Source: Basidioascus undulatus (lineage: Eukaryota). Taken from it: a DNA stretch of 44,644 nucleotides. The position numbers and the translations under genes are program-made. Within the stretch, counting starts at the first letter, position 1; each line of letters opens with the position of its first letter. Below, piece after piece: positions 29,148 to 40,572 of the stretch. The stretch covers positions 1-44,644 of the forward strand of contig JTLS01000024.1 of the NCBI GenBank assembly GCA_000826855.1. The letters run 5' to 3'. The notes under the pieces were generated by a model, which did no database searches, had not been told where the DNA came from, and worked only from the letters and a program-made list of their open reading frames with translations.

Positions 29148-30480
29148 GTGTCACATCCTGAATCCTTTTGCGTACTTGAGCGGGCCCAGCACAGCCTAGA
29201 TGCTTCTGCCTCCTCAACCGCATGCTCACAGAACGCTGAGCCCATACAGGACCAAACTGAACGCCTTCCTGCCGAAGTACTATCGGGTATTTTTGAATAC
29301 GTGGTTGGGTGTGGAATCATACCATCCTCGATCCACCCCGTCCATCAACTCTGCCGCGTGTCGCGACGGTGGAAGGTCTGTTGCGTCGTCCTCCTCAGGC
29401 CGTCTCGCGCCTCGCAGCTTTGCGTAGCTCGTAGTGGCTTACGCAATCCCGTCTTTCCCAGACCCTTGCAGGCCCTTTCTTCTATCGAACCCTTTTCCTT
29501 GCGTCTGGGGAAATTTCTCGATTCTCAGCGCACTTCGCCGAGATCGCACGAGCCTGCGATCAAAGTCAACGTCCCGGTCGCCATGTTCGATCGCTGGCGG
29601 TGCCGCAGCAGCCATTGCACGGGGACGCTCCCACCCACCAACATATTCGTTGACGACCTCCTGTCCATCCTACCCCATCTCATTTCCCTCACTCGGTTCG
29701 AAACAACCCAACGCTCAATCAGCCCTTTCTGGCCTTACTCGCTCAGAGCTCTTTTCGCACCCACGGTGCTCGAACTCAGCCTTTCAATATCCTTTTCGCT
29801 CAACGTAGCCGCTGCGTATCTCTCCAATTTCGAAGCCGCCAACAAGTTGCGCTTGACCTTCGTGAACGTGGCTCCCATGGCGCCCGACACGCGCCGTCGA
29901 CTCGGTGCACTCGCCCTTCCTGCCTTGCGCTCTCTCAACCTCTCCGCCCGGATCTCAGGAACCCCTCCCGACATATTTGAAGAGGTGCTGCGCGCCCTTG
30001 CCCTTGTGACGCTGCCTTCCTTGAAGGATCTGTACATGTGGCTAGGCGCGGCTGATCCCGCCCTGCTACACAACGCACTATGTTGAGTTAGGGGAGTTCT
30101 CGAGTCGCTCGACCTCATCGAATTACCGGCTGATTCCCATCTCTCAAGCCTGTCCTTCCTCACGCCAGCTTTTCTCGGGATCATTCTCGCCAACGTTCTC
30201 GCGCACGTTCCGCCACCCAACTCTCAAAACACCTAGTCTTCCCACCCACAGTCTCGATAAACTTGTCGATCATCAACAACCTCGACATGTCGATATATCG
30301 ATTCGTCGGACATCGATCTCGAACCGTTCGATCCACAAGGTATGTCCATTGACGATACCATGGACAGCCGCCGGTTCGATTATCTGGCCGTGTGTCAGCT
30401 TGCCCTTGCTTGCTGTCAGATGGGCTTGACGCTGCTGTGCGGGGACGGCTGGATGATTCGGATTGGGCGCACTGAGGCGC
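29148..30480 (+). pseudogene. F-box/LRR-like paralog B; best preserved copy, with a probable premature stop at 30084-30086
   Basis: RLPAEVLSGIFEYVVG..HPVHQLCRVSRRWK, ALPALRSLNL and LPSLKDLYM. Similarity to paralog A continues past the TGA (GVLESLDL, IINNLDMS). Confidence 0.7.
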
Positions 30481-30699
30481 AGGACTCAGAGGGCTGTAGC
30501 GCGGTATGAATCTGGTTTGCATGGATCCGAATGTCTGCCGGGTCAGGCGCGGCGCGACGTTGCCTCGGGAACCCTCATGTCCTTTTCGTCCATGCTTCGT
30601 CGTCGAACACCACGGCCGACACTTCTTCTGCACAACCACATTGACATCCCAAGTTACAACCACCCAGTGGCACACGTCTGCTGACTTCGTCACAGTAGT

Positions 30700-31996
30700 A
30701 CAGGCCGATCACTCGCCTCGCGCTCATTGCGGCTCCTCAGGGCAGCTCCATGTTCACCGCCTAGCCCTCCCCGCCCTGCAACGTCGACCCCTTCCTCCTA
30801 CAAGCGAGTGCGAGCTGGTAGATGACAAGCGCTTCATGCCTGTAGTCGTCCGTAATGTCCTCGTCGACTGTATCGCGGGGGTCGAGCGCGTCCAAAGCGA
30901 TAAAGGCTACCACGATGGATCGCAGAGCGGGGAGCGCAGACCTGTCGTAGGCTCTCGATTGCGGCTAAAGTGTCGAGAAGAGACGGGACGCCGTAGGTCC
31001 CCTGCGTCAGGATGAGGGTCTCCAGGGTGGCGTGGCTGAACGTGCCGAAGTCCGCGGACGAAACCGAGTGCGGCGTCAGTCGGGTGAGGATGGGGCACGC
31101 CTTCGACAGAGCGATCATCGGACCTGGTCCCATGAGATAGAGCGATCGGACAGAACCCACAATTTGAACAAGTGTGCGATGTAGCAAAGATGGATCGTGT
31201 TCTCCTAGATGAAGATCGAGAGTCTCCAGGCTGGGAAGCTTTGAGTGGACAAGGACGCCCAGTACGCTGTCAGAGGCATTCGGAGGGCTAGAACGGAGAC
31301 GGTGAGGTGGCGCAAGGCGGGAAGGACCATCGCGGCGGTGCGATCGCTATCTAGAACGCCGGGCGAGGTGTGACGAAGCGCAGTTGTATATTCGTAGCAG
31401 AGGAAAATCGAGAAAGGTGTGAGGCTGCCGCACTGGGCGCGCATGAGAGGTGAAAGTTGAGATCGTGCACAGCGGGTGCGAAGAGGCTCAGCGCGAGAAG
31501 GGCCAGAAGCGGCTGGTCAATCGGTTGCGTTATTTCTAGCCTCGATACAGAGGTGAGATGTGGAACGATTGAAAGGAGGTCATCGGCAAGGATAGCTTGA
31601 GTCGCTCGAAAGTCCAAAGCGTCCCATATTCCCATTTGGGGAGAGACGCGAAGAGTGCGAACATGGCGGCCTAGGTGTTGATCGCCCTCGCCGCATGCTC
31701 GAGCAACTCCGGCGAAATGCGTTGCGAAACCAGAGCGTCCGCCCGGGCGGAAGTCCAGGTACGATAGAAGAAAGGTGTGACGATAGATTGGTTTCCGCGC
31801 GACGGCGTGAGCCAAACCGCGGGCATGAAGATAATCGCAGAGCAGCAGCAAGACACGACGCACCTTCCAGCGTTCGAGACTCGACAGAGCTTATGCACGG
31901 GTTTGTACCCGACGGGACCGGTTCACCCTGCATCACGTATCTGCGTGAACCTCGGGCGGAAGACGCTTGGTTTAGTGACGGATCTCTCGTGAGCAT
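30700..31996 (-). pseudogene. F-box/LRR-like paralog C, inverted and frameshifted
   Basis: TKRLPPEV..YVMQG..VHKLCRVS..RWK, LADDLLSIVPHLTSVSRLEITQ and LPALRHLTV. The intron after WK is at the same position as in A and B. Confidence 0.7.
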
Positions 31997-32735
31997 TACT
32001 CGGAGTCAGAAAGCTTCCCGACCGCGTTCCAGTGGAGCTAGATATTTCCAAAGTCATTCAGTATTGAAAGCGCTGGCGGTGGTGATGGCAAAGGTAGGGG
32101 AGTGTCCTCGTGCCGTGTGTGGGCCACACGCGGGAAGAGAATATAAGTTTGCTCAGTTTCGTGAATTGTCCGAACCGGAACGCAGTTGAAACCTGGGCGA
32201 GCAGTTAAGCATCTCGTGTACGAAGTGCTGCAAATGATCATCACAACCAACAGCTCTTATGTCCGTCCATTCTAGACCACGACGACGACGACGACGAAGC
32301 GAAGAGAAGCAGTGCCACTGCGAATCGAGAGAGGGAAGACGATATTCGGCCTGGTTTGGAGGCGCTCCGCAAGGTAGTAGGTTAAGACCGAAGGCGCGCT
32401 TGCGAAGATAGATCGGGAGTAGGATCGAACGTGAGGGTGGAAGATCTGCTGATCGGACACAACAGCAGGCCTTGCTTCAGGCGAGGGAACAGCGGTCGAC
32501 GGTCAATGGTCAGCGAGAACGCGAAGTTGGCTGGAAGAGTTCGGCACCCCTCGCAACATATAAGGCCGGGAAGGCTGGAAAGGACGATCTCTTTACGAGG
32601 CAATCAACCATACGCGCCAATCGACCATACGCGTCATGCAAACGAGTCTGGGTTCTCGCAAGCAGCCCAGCCAGTTCCCGTCAGTACTCGTCAAGTCAGC
32701 GACCACTCCTCACTCCATTGTTTGTCATAGATATA

Positions 32736-33921
32736 TCACTTAACGCCCACCACCGCTCCTGCTCCCGGGCCCTTGAAAACGACCTTCCCTCCCTCTCTCC
32801 CGTCCTGCCACCCCACGCCCTCCAACCAACCCCCCAGTTCCCCCTCCCGCAGCACCAGCGTGCGCTCCAACCAGCTCTCCCCCACGCTCAGATACGCATT
32901 CCTTACGACGTCCCACGCGGCCTTCCGCATGCGCGGAGCGGCCTGGTAGAGCAGCGTCTTCTCGTAAACGGACGAGCTGGAGTCGGAATCGGAGAGGAGG
33001 CGCGCGAAGAGGACGTAGTTCGTTTGGGAGAGGGCGAGGGCGAGATCGCGCGCGGGGGAGGAGAGTGTGGGAGGCGGAGGGTGAGGTGGAGGGTGGAAGA
33101 GGAGGGCAGAGAGGTCGATGAGGGGGCGGAGAGGGGAAGTGAGGGGGAGGTGTGATTGGAGGTAGGAGAGGACGGAGAGGGTTTGGGCGCGGGAGCGGGC
33201 GAGGACGGATAGCTTGAGGGAAAGAGTGTAGACTATTGGAGGAGTGAGTGGAACCGTTGCGGGGTGAGGACAGGGAACGGGAAGAGGGAAGGGGACGGGA
33301 ACAGGAAAAGAAGACGAACCATCGAGGGCGAACTGCCCTCCCCGCCCACTAGCTACGATCCCCTCCCTCAACTTCCTCAAGTTTAGCAGGAGCGCCTCCA
33401 GCTTCTCCCTCAGTTGCGGGTCAATCTCCGCCGCTGTGAGGAGGTGCGGTGCTGGCGGGTTGGGCCATGCTTTCGCATGAGCGGCGTGCTGCTCGCCCCC
33501 ACCAAGATTAACCGGGTGATGGATGTAGACGAGAGGGCAGCACACGCACCTTGTCTTGAAGGTAAGCCCAGTACCGATCCTGAACTTCATGCGATTTCAG
33601 AAGGTCCGCAGATGACCCGTCCCCCCCGGAGCGCGATATCGACTGAAGGGTCGAGAGATCGAGGTCGGCCGGTACGGCGGGCGCGCGCGATGCGGGCGCG
33701 GGTTTGAGGCGGGAGGGGCCCCAAGAAGGTGAAGTTTGTGATGTTGCTGAGCTATGCCGCTGGTTTCCGGAGGATGCTGGGGCTAGGGCGGTGGTGAGGG
33801 CAGAGGAAGACGGTCGCGGTGCATGTCTGGGATGGGACGCCCCTGGCCTCGAGCCTCGCGGCTGGAGAGGGGCATCTGGTAGGCGCTGGGTACGTGCATG
33901 CGGGGGAACGTAGGTTGGCAT
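32736..33921 (-). CDS. Conserved fungal protein with a PCI-like (CSN8/PSMD8/eIF3K- or SAC3-type) C-terminal region
   Basis: MPTYVPPHAR start; LLKSHEVQDRYWAYLQDK; LLLNLRKLREGIVAS..FALDVYTLSLKLSVLA; ALSQTNYVLFARL..MRKAAWDVVRNAYLSV..WL. Family assigned from memory of the motif. Confidence 0.6.
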
Positions 33922-34524
33922 GCTGTTCCGATATTGGAACGTCGTCTGTAGTATGGCAGTAGGGCGTAGGCAGGAATGGAGGTGAAGGCAGGATGATGGA
34001 CGGTGACAAGATGGGGCAACAGCGGCTCGGGCTTCCGCTCGATCACATTCCCCCACCAGCGCGTTCGCTGCGAATGCAAGCACATTGCACTCCCCCGTAC
34101 TTCCTTTTTTGGCAAGAGACTATCTTTATTTCAGTTCAGTATGGCTTGTAAGAGGCTTAAGGGCTTTGCGCTGTCGGGGATCGCAGCGCTTGCGTCGGCA
34201 GCTCGCCAGCTCGTTTACCGCCAACCGCAGACCGCAAAGTACTCATCGTTATGGAACTCCTTGCAAGGGTCAAAAATTATGATCTAGATAGGTGCGTTTC
34301 CCAAGCTGGCCTGCTTAGCTGAGACGATCGGCTATGTGGAAGGCCCGGACGCATGCAGCGTTTCAACCCTGCGGAAAGCGCTGTGCCCCTGGTGCTGCCC
34401 CCCCGATTGTTCAAAAAAGTGAGGGTATAAGGTGATCTCAATGGAATGTTATTAACCCTCAGCTGAAATGCATGATACGCCTTCGCCCGGTACACCCCGC
34501 AGAACATCCGGCTGTGCTGGAGCT

Positions 34525-36456
34525 CTACCTCCAGTTTGTCTTGACCTGATCCAGCACGCTCGGGAGCCTCTTCCCCAGACGGTCAGGATTCGGCTCAAAG
34601 CATTCGGGCAGCTGCGTCGTGGACCAGTCCTGGCCACGGAGGAGTGCGGCGAGGCCGCGACCGCAGGACATGATACGGGCCATGCCTGAAGCGACTGTTA
34701 TTTGACCCTGTGGGCTGAAATTTGGAGGTAGTTGGAGCCTATACGTACCGTGTCCGTTGTGCCCTGCGTTGATGAACTGCCCGGGCTTGCCGTGCACTGG
34801 TCCGACGAAAGGGATGGCTATAACGGTGCGACTGAGTGAAACTCTGGAGTCAACTTCTCTTCAGGGTCCGCTTACAATCCGGTGTAAAGCCCATGATACC
34901 TGCAGGAATACTCCATGTAAACTTAACTGATCGTGCATCGGTATCACCGAAAAGGGAGCGGAGTCACCAGTCCAAGTCATCTGCAGCCCCTCCCCGATGG
35001 CTTCCTTCCCCCAGTTCTCGAAGTACTCCGAGCAAGCCCCCTTGAGATGCTTAGTAATTTCAGGGTAGAGCATGCTGTCGTCGGTCTGTCCAACTACGGT
35101 TTGGGCGGGGACGAGCCAGCCGCCGCCGCCGAGGATGACGATGCCGTCTTTCGGTCGCTGGATCAGACTGCGAAATAAAAGTCGTCAGCAAGTGGCTCCT
35201 ACGATTTCACAGGGGTGACCCACTAGTCAAAGCTCCGCTGTAAACGAGAGCTTTAGCACTTTTCACAGAAGTCGACAGTGATGCAGCCATGCGCACCCGC
35301 TCCCCAGCCCAGTAAAAGCCGCAAGTGTGCTCCAGCGGCCCACGCTCCGAACCGGCCGCAAACGGCTTAGTGGGGACGATGCTCGAGCACTGTCCCCGGA
35401 GCGGCTCGATCTTGCCGCTGAACTCGGGCAAGAGCGCCGAGCCGTACGCGTTCGTCGTGTGGACGACTTGCGCCGTGCGGATCGTGCCGCGCGGGGTCTT
35501 GACGAGCCAGCGGCCGGGCGCGGACGGGTCTGAGTCCACCGAGAGGACGGGCGTGGTCGTTTGGAGGTTGAAGCCCTCGTTGGAGAGGCAAATGTTGAGC
35601 AGGCCTAGGACGAGCTTGTACGGCCAGAGAGAGGCTCCTGGGAAGATGGCCGCTGCCAGGGCGGAGGGGCAGCGGGAGACCTGTGTGTCTCATGAAGGCG
35701 GTTAGAACGACGCTTCTTTCTCAGACGGTTACTTGCCTGATTCTCTCACCTTCTTAGCCTCCGCCGTGTCGCCCACCCACTCAACAATATCGGCGCGCCC
35801 GCCGGCGGCCTTGAACTCTTTGAGCGTCGCGGAGAACGCATCGACGCACTCCTGGTCCATCGCGATGTCGAGAGACGTTCCGCGCCAGAAGTCGCAGTCG
35901 ATACCTTCCTTCTTTATAACGTCCTCCGTAAGGTCGAGGTTATCCTGTGGTATGCATGTATGGGTATTTGGCATCAACACAAATCGGGGATACGGGCCAG
36001 TACAGAGGAAAAGGACGGACCACCTCGTTCGCGATGATTTTGAGCGCCTGCTCTTCGCCGAATGTGGCCTTGTACTGGGTAAATCCTGCGGGAAAATATA
36101 GAATGAATATATTCTATCCTATTCTTGGATACGGTACTTGGTCGCGACTTACCCCGGTACGCATCAGGCCGGCAGTGGCCCCCGTTCCTCCCCGTTGCGC
36201 CATGGCACACCTCGCGAGCGTCGAGCACGACGACGCGTTTCGGCGGATTCGGACCGGTCAGCGCGAAGTAAGCGGTGGAAGCCCCACTGAACCCTGCGCC
36301 GATGATGACCAGGTCCGCCTCTTCCGGGAGGTCCGGGGTGGTGCGGTGGCCGAGCAGCGGGGAGGTGCGGGTTCCCGCGAGCCAGAACGAGAGCGAGTAC
36401 TGCTCGGATGGAAGGCCTGCGCCAGCTTGAGGTTTAATAGAGTCGGCAGCGGTCAT
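34525..36456 (-). CDS. FAD-dependent oxidoreductase, DAO family (PuuB-like), multi-exon
   Basis: LVIIGAGFSGAS..VVLDAREVCHGATGRNGGHCRP, VVHTTNAY..LLP..IEPLRGQCS, WTG, and PFVGPVHGKPGQFINAGHNGHG-MARI. Confidence 0.9.
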
Positions 36457-36779
36457 GATGGGAGCAAGTGTGGTTGATTGTGAATGAATGGATAGCGTTC
36501 GAGTCTAAGGAGAGGAGGAGACAGGGAAGCGGAACTTGCTGCACATGCGTGCTGCACACCACCCGTGGAACTGTTACCCGCCAACCTCGGCCCGAGATGC
36601 CCGTCTCTATCCTGGGAAAGATCTGCCAAAGTGCCTCAAATCAAGCAAGCGACGCTTGCATCGCGTTTTTACGTCAAGTCCGCACAAGCTGCGTAGGCTG
36701 CTATCGAGTTGAGGCGCTGCCATCACGGCTAATATGCGGTGGTCACATTGACTGGCTCGGCTCGTATCGAGATACGCCG

Positions 36780-36797
36780 CATTCAATGCATTGAATG
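36780..36797. promoter_or_regulatory. Perfect 18-bp palindrome CATTCAATGCATTGAATG in a divergent promoter
   Basis: Self-complementary by inspection. It lies about 324 bp from the oxidoreductase ATG and about 330 bp from the permease ATG. A regulatory function is inferred only. Confidence 0.45.
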
Positions 36798-37126
36798 TCG
36801 TTCGGAGCGCCTTGGTTCTCTTCAAAGGTTGTCACAGTACAAGCGCGCCTGTTCTATGTATTATGGTATACGCCAAGACTTGTGATGGATCGCATGGAGA
36901 CGAGACGCAGTGCACAACATGGCGCTGCCGCTTTCAACGATCAAGTGACCGGACCACACAGTTGGACCTTTGGTCGTTTTCCCCAGGATCTGACCCTGTT
37001 CCGCCTATCTCTAAGCGCTCGACGATAAGACACCTGACCGCCTCACAGCCTTATGAGGGCGGACGACTGCGTACTTCCACCTCTCTCGCATTCTCCTTCT
37101 CTCCCGCCCCCAATCGCCTATACACA

Positions 37127-40055
37127 ATGACACTGGATCTGATTCAATCTACAACACCGAGCATCCAGCACACTCCCAGCTACAAGTCTTCAGTTGCAGA
37201 GAAAGCTTCTGAGAAAAGCGTGCCCGTTGGTGTCACGATTGCCCCGGCTGCTGAAGCCGACGAGAGTACCGCCTCGTCGCACGGCCCTGTGACCAACACC
37301 CACCGTGGGCTTACGTCTAGGCACATTGCCCTTCTCTCCATCGGTGAGCACTCTCATACTTTATATAATTATCGCCCGGAAGGGATGTTAACGACTGTGC
37401 TTCTCAGGTGGCGTTATCGGTACGAGCTCAGTTCTCCTACCTTGCACGAGACCAATGAAGAGCTGACTCGATGTCATTCGTTGGACATAAAAGGCACTGG
37501 CCTTTTCATCGGTACCGGACAGGCACTGTCTCAAGGTGGACCGTTCAGCCTACTGCTCGGTGCGTTTCAATAGACTGCTCTCTTCTTACCTTGGAACTGA
37601 GTCTTGCGCCCCCGTCGGAAGGCTACTCCCTTTTCTCCGGCATCGTGTGGTGTGTCACCCAAAGCATCGCAGTGCCGATCACCCGTCACCCGGTCAATGG
37701 GGCTTTCATTACCCTCTTCTCCCGCTGGATTGATCCGGCACTTGGGTTTGCGCTCGGATGGGTAAGCCTTTTCCGTTGATATCGTCGCTGTGATGTTTCT
37801 CACTCCCTCTCCGTGAAGAATTATCTCCTTGGCACTACTTCCTTTGTTTGTGCGGAAGTCAGCGCCATTGCTAGCTTGTTTGCCTTTTGGGCGCCCGACG
37901 TAAACAACGCTGTGTGGTGCACGATCACGCTTGTCGTGGTACGTCCTGCAAGGCCGTGTCAAAGGTGGATTGGCTTAACTCTTGGCATCCTCCAGATCTT
38001 CGTTCTCAACGCTTGGGCTGTGCGTTGGTGGGGAGAGGCCGAGTTTTATTTCGCAAGCTTCAGTTCGTCTTCCGTAGACAAGCTCTCAGCTTTCAGTTTC
38101 TCAACATTGGTTGTCGTCCCAACAGAGGTTCTGCTCATTCTTGGGCTGCTGCTTATGAGCTTCTTCTTCATGGTAAGGGAGTAAGCTCTCAGCACATCTG
38201 CAAAGCTAACCTCCGCTCGGCCAGGTCGGCGCCAACCCGGATCGCGATGTCATTGGTGCGTATTGCAAGCTGCCGCCTGTTGTCTTGGCCTGACCATCAA
38301 CCTGGTGCAGGTTTCCGCTACTGGAAGAACGTGGGTATTCTCCGAACATGACCACAAAAGACGAACTAATCCCTATTCAGCCGGGACCGATGGCCGAGTA
38401 CAATCACACGGGCGCGGTCGGTCGGTTTGAAGGATTCTAGTAGGTCGTCTTGTCTACCAGAGCCCCAACTCTTTGTTGATCAAGTCCTGGGGAAACTTCC
38501 AGCTCAATCTTGTAAGACCTTGGCTCAAATACGAGTTCAATCATGGTGCCTATTCTGACCTTCCCTACAGCATCTTCGCTGCTTTCGCTATGTGAGGATG
38601 CCTTTATTTAGCAGCTCTTGGGCATCAAGTTAAACCATTCTTACGCAGTGGTGGGCCCGAGTTCGTTGCGTTCTCGGCCCCGGAAGCACAAGATGTCCGC
38701 CGTACGATTCCCAAGGCCATGCGGCGGGTGCCCATTCGTTTGATCGCCTTCTAGTGCGTGGACTGAATGTGCCATAAAGCGACTGCTGGGGCTGACTTGC
38801 CGCATCACTAACAGCGTGCTAGGAGCATTCGCCGTCGGCGTTTTGGTAACCTTGGAAATTTATTCTACCGTCTCTATCAGCTGAAACAAGCCCTTCCCTT
38901 CAGGTTCCCTACAACGATCCCAAGCTGCTCGCCGCTATCGAGAATGGCGTTGGCGTCGAGGTTCGCAAATTTCACTCAACTACTATTGTATACTCTGCTC
39001 AGTCATATTCCGTCTCTACACAGGCAAGCCCGTTTGTGCTGGCCATGCAACGCTACGGCATAAACTGGCTGCCGCACCTTGTCAATCTTATCGTCCTCAC
39101 GTCGGCATGGTCCTGTGGGAACTCTTGTACGTTTCTGCCTGCCAACCTTCTTGCACAAATGGGGTGATGCTGATTCCAACCTCCCCGTAGTCGCCTATGT
39201 GAGCCTTGACTGTCGCCCTCTGGAGAGAGAGATAGTTAATGTTTGTCCTTTCAAAGGTGAGCATCCGGAACCTGCACGGTCTCGCCAAAGCCGGCCATGC
39301 TCCACAGATTTTTTCCCGTACGACTCGCCGGGGCGTGCCCCTCTACGCTTTACTTTTCGTACTTGCCGTTGGGTGCCTGGGCTACCTCACTTCCTCTTCC
39401 AACTCGATCGTCGTCTTCAACTGGTTTGTAAACATTTGCAGTGCTAGGTAGGGGTCCCTTCTTTGCCATATTATCCTTTAACCTGTCGTTGACCATGCCC
39501 TCTTTACAGCGGATTCTTGAACTACGGCACCATATGTTTGCTGTACCTCCGTTTCCGGGCCGGGTGTAGGGCTCAGGGCATCTCGACGGACGACATTCAA
39601 TACAAGGAACGCTTCCAGCCCTACGCTGCTTGGATTGGCCTCACGGGCGCCTTCATGCTTCTCCTCACCAACGGCTACACGGTGTTCGTTACTGATAACT
39701 GGAACACTCAGACGGTGAGAGTTGCAACCTCCTTCCTAAAGTCTACAGACTAAGCTTATTAGGAGCCTCTCGACAGTTCATCTGCTCGTACTTTTGCATC
39801 GCTCTGGTCGTCGTTCTTTACATTGGATTGTGAGGGCACTTACTCTATTCCCGTACAACACATGATCTGGCTGACTTCGAACCTTGTTGTTTTGGTGCTC
39901 CCAGCAAGATCGCCAAGAGGACCACCCTTGTCAGGGCTTCGACCATGGATCTCGTTACTGGCAAGCAAGAGGCCGACGATGATGAAGCGTACTGGAACGA
40001 GCGTCGCGTTGTCCCCGTTGCCCGCTGGGAGAAATTCCTGGAGTGGCTCTTCTAG
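37127..40055 (+). CDS. Amino acid permease (APC superfamily, yeast amino acid transporter family), about 20 introns
   Basis: HRGLTSRHIALLSIGGVIGTGLFIGTG, RWIDPALGFALGWNY, WWGEAEFYFASFK, IGFRYWKNPG, GGPEFVA, SPFVLA, VLTSAWSCGNS, FQPYAAW. Ends KFLEWLF-TAG. Confidence 0.95.
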
Positions 40056-40572
40056 TGGATTATTCTTGTTTAACCATCTGTCTGTTTCTGTAGTGGCTTT
40101 CCTCTTTCATTTGGTATGTACTAGAATGTATTTTGCTCGTCGTTGACTGTTCCCTACATCTGGGATGTGCAGGCCTATGCAAGCCATGTCGAAGAGATTC
40201 TCATCCTCGAACTGTGTTGAGTGCGAGTACACTGTACACCGATTTGCATTGCCAACAGCCCTTCGCCAAGGCCTTCGCTTGGCTCATTTCTTCAGCTTGG
40301 ATATGCTGGCGGCAGGCGTCTTGTCCGCAGTCGAGATTGCATAGGCGCGTAAGGTGGCTTTTCAGGCACACCAGCGCGCCAGCGACGCGTGCCGGACACG
40401 TCTGCCTCCGGCGGGCGTTGGTCTTTTCCAGTCCGACCTTAACTCACACATAAGATGCAAGAGCCCTTGCGCTCCAACCATAACCATTCTCCTACTTTCT
40501 TGCTCTCGTCTACCAGTTCACGCTCACTGCACACTCGCTTGAACCCCTAGGGTCCCCGCGCTGCATGCTGTG

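Noticed and set aside
30081..30086. Premature TGA in F-box paralog B as a sign of RIP-like or methylation-driven C-to-T mutation
   Set aside because: It is a single site with an unknown ancestral codon, and there is no visible AT enrichment across the repeats.
32279..32297. (GAC)n microsatellite
   Set aside because: Short intergenic simple repeat with no sign of function.
32980..33320. Long purine-rich tract on the plus strand
   Set aside because: Explained by Leu/Pro/Ser-rich codons and a pyrimidine-rich intron of the minus-strand gene.
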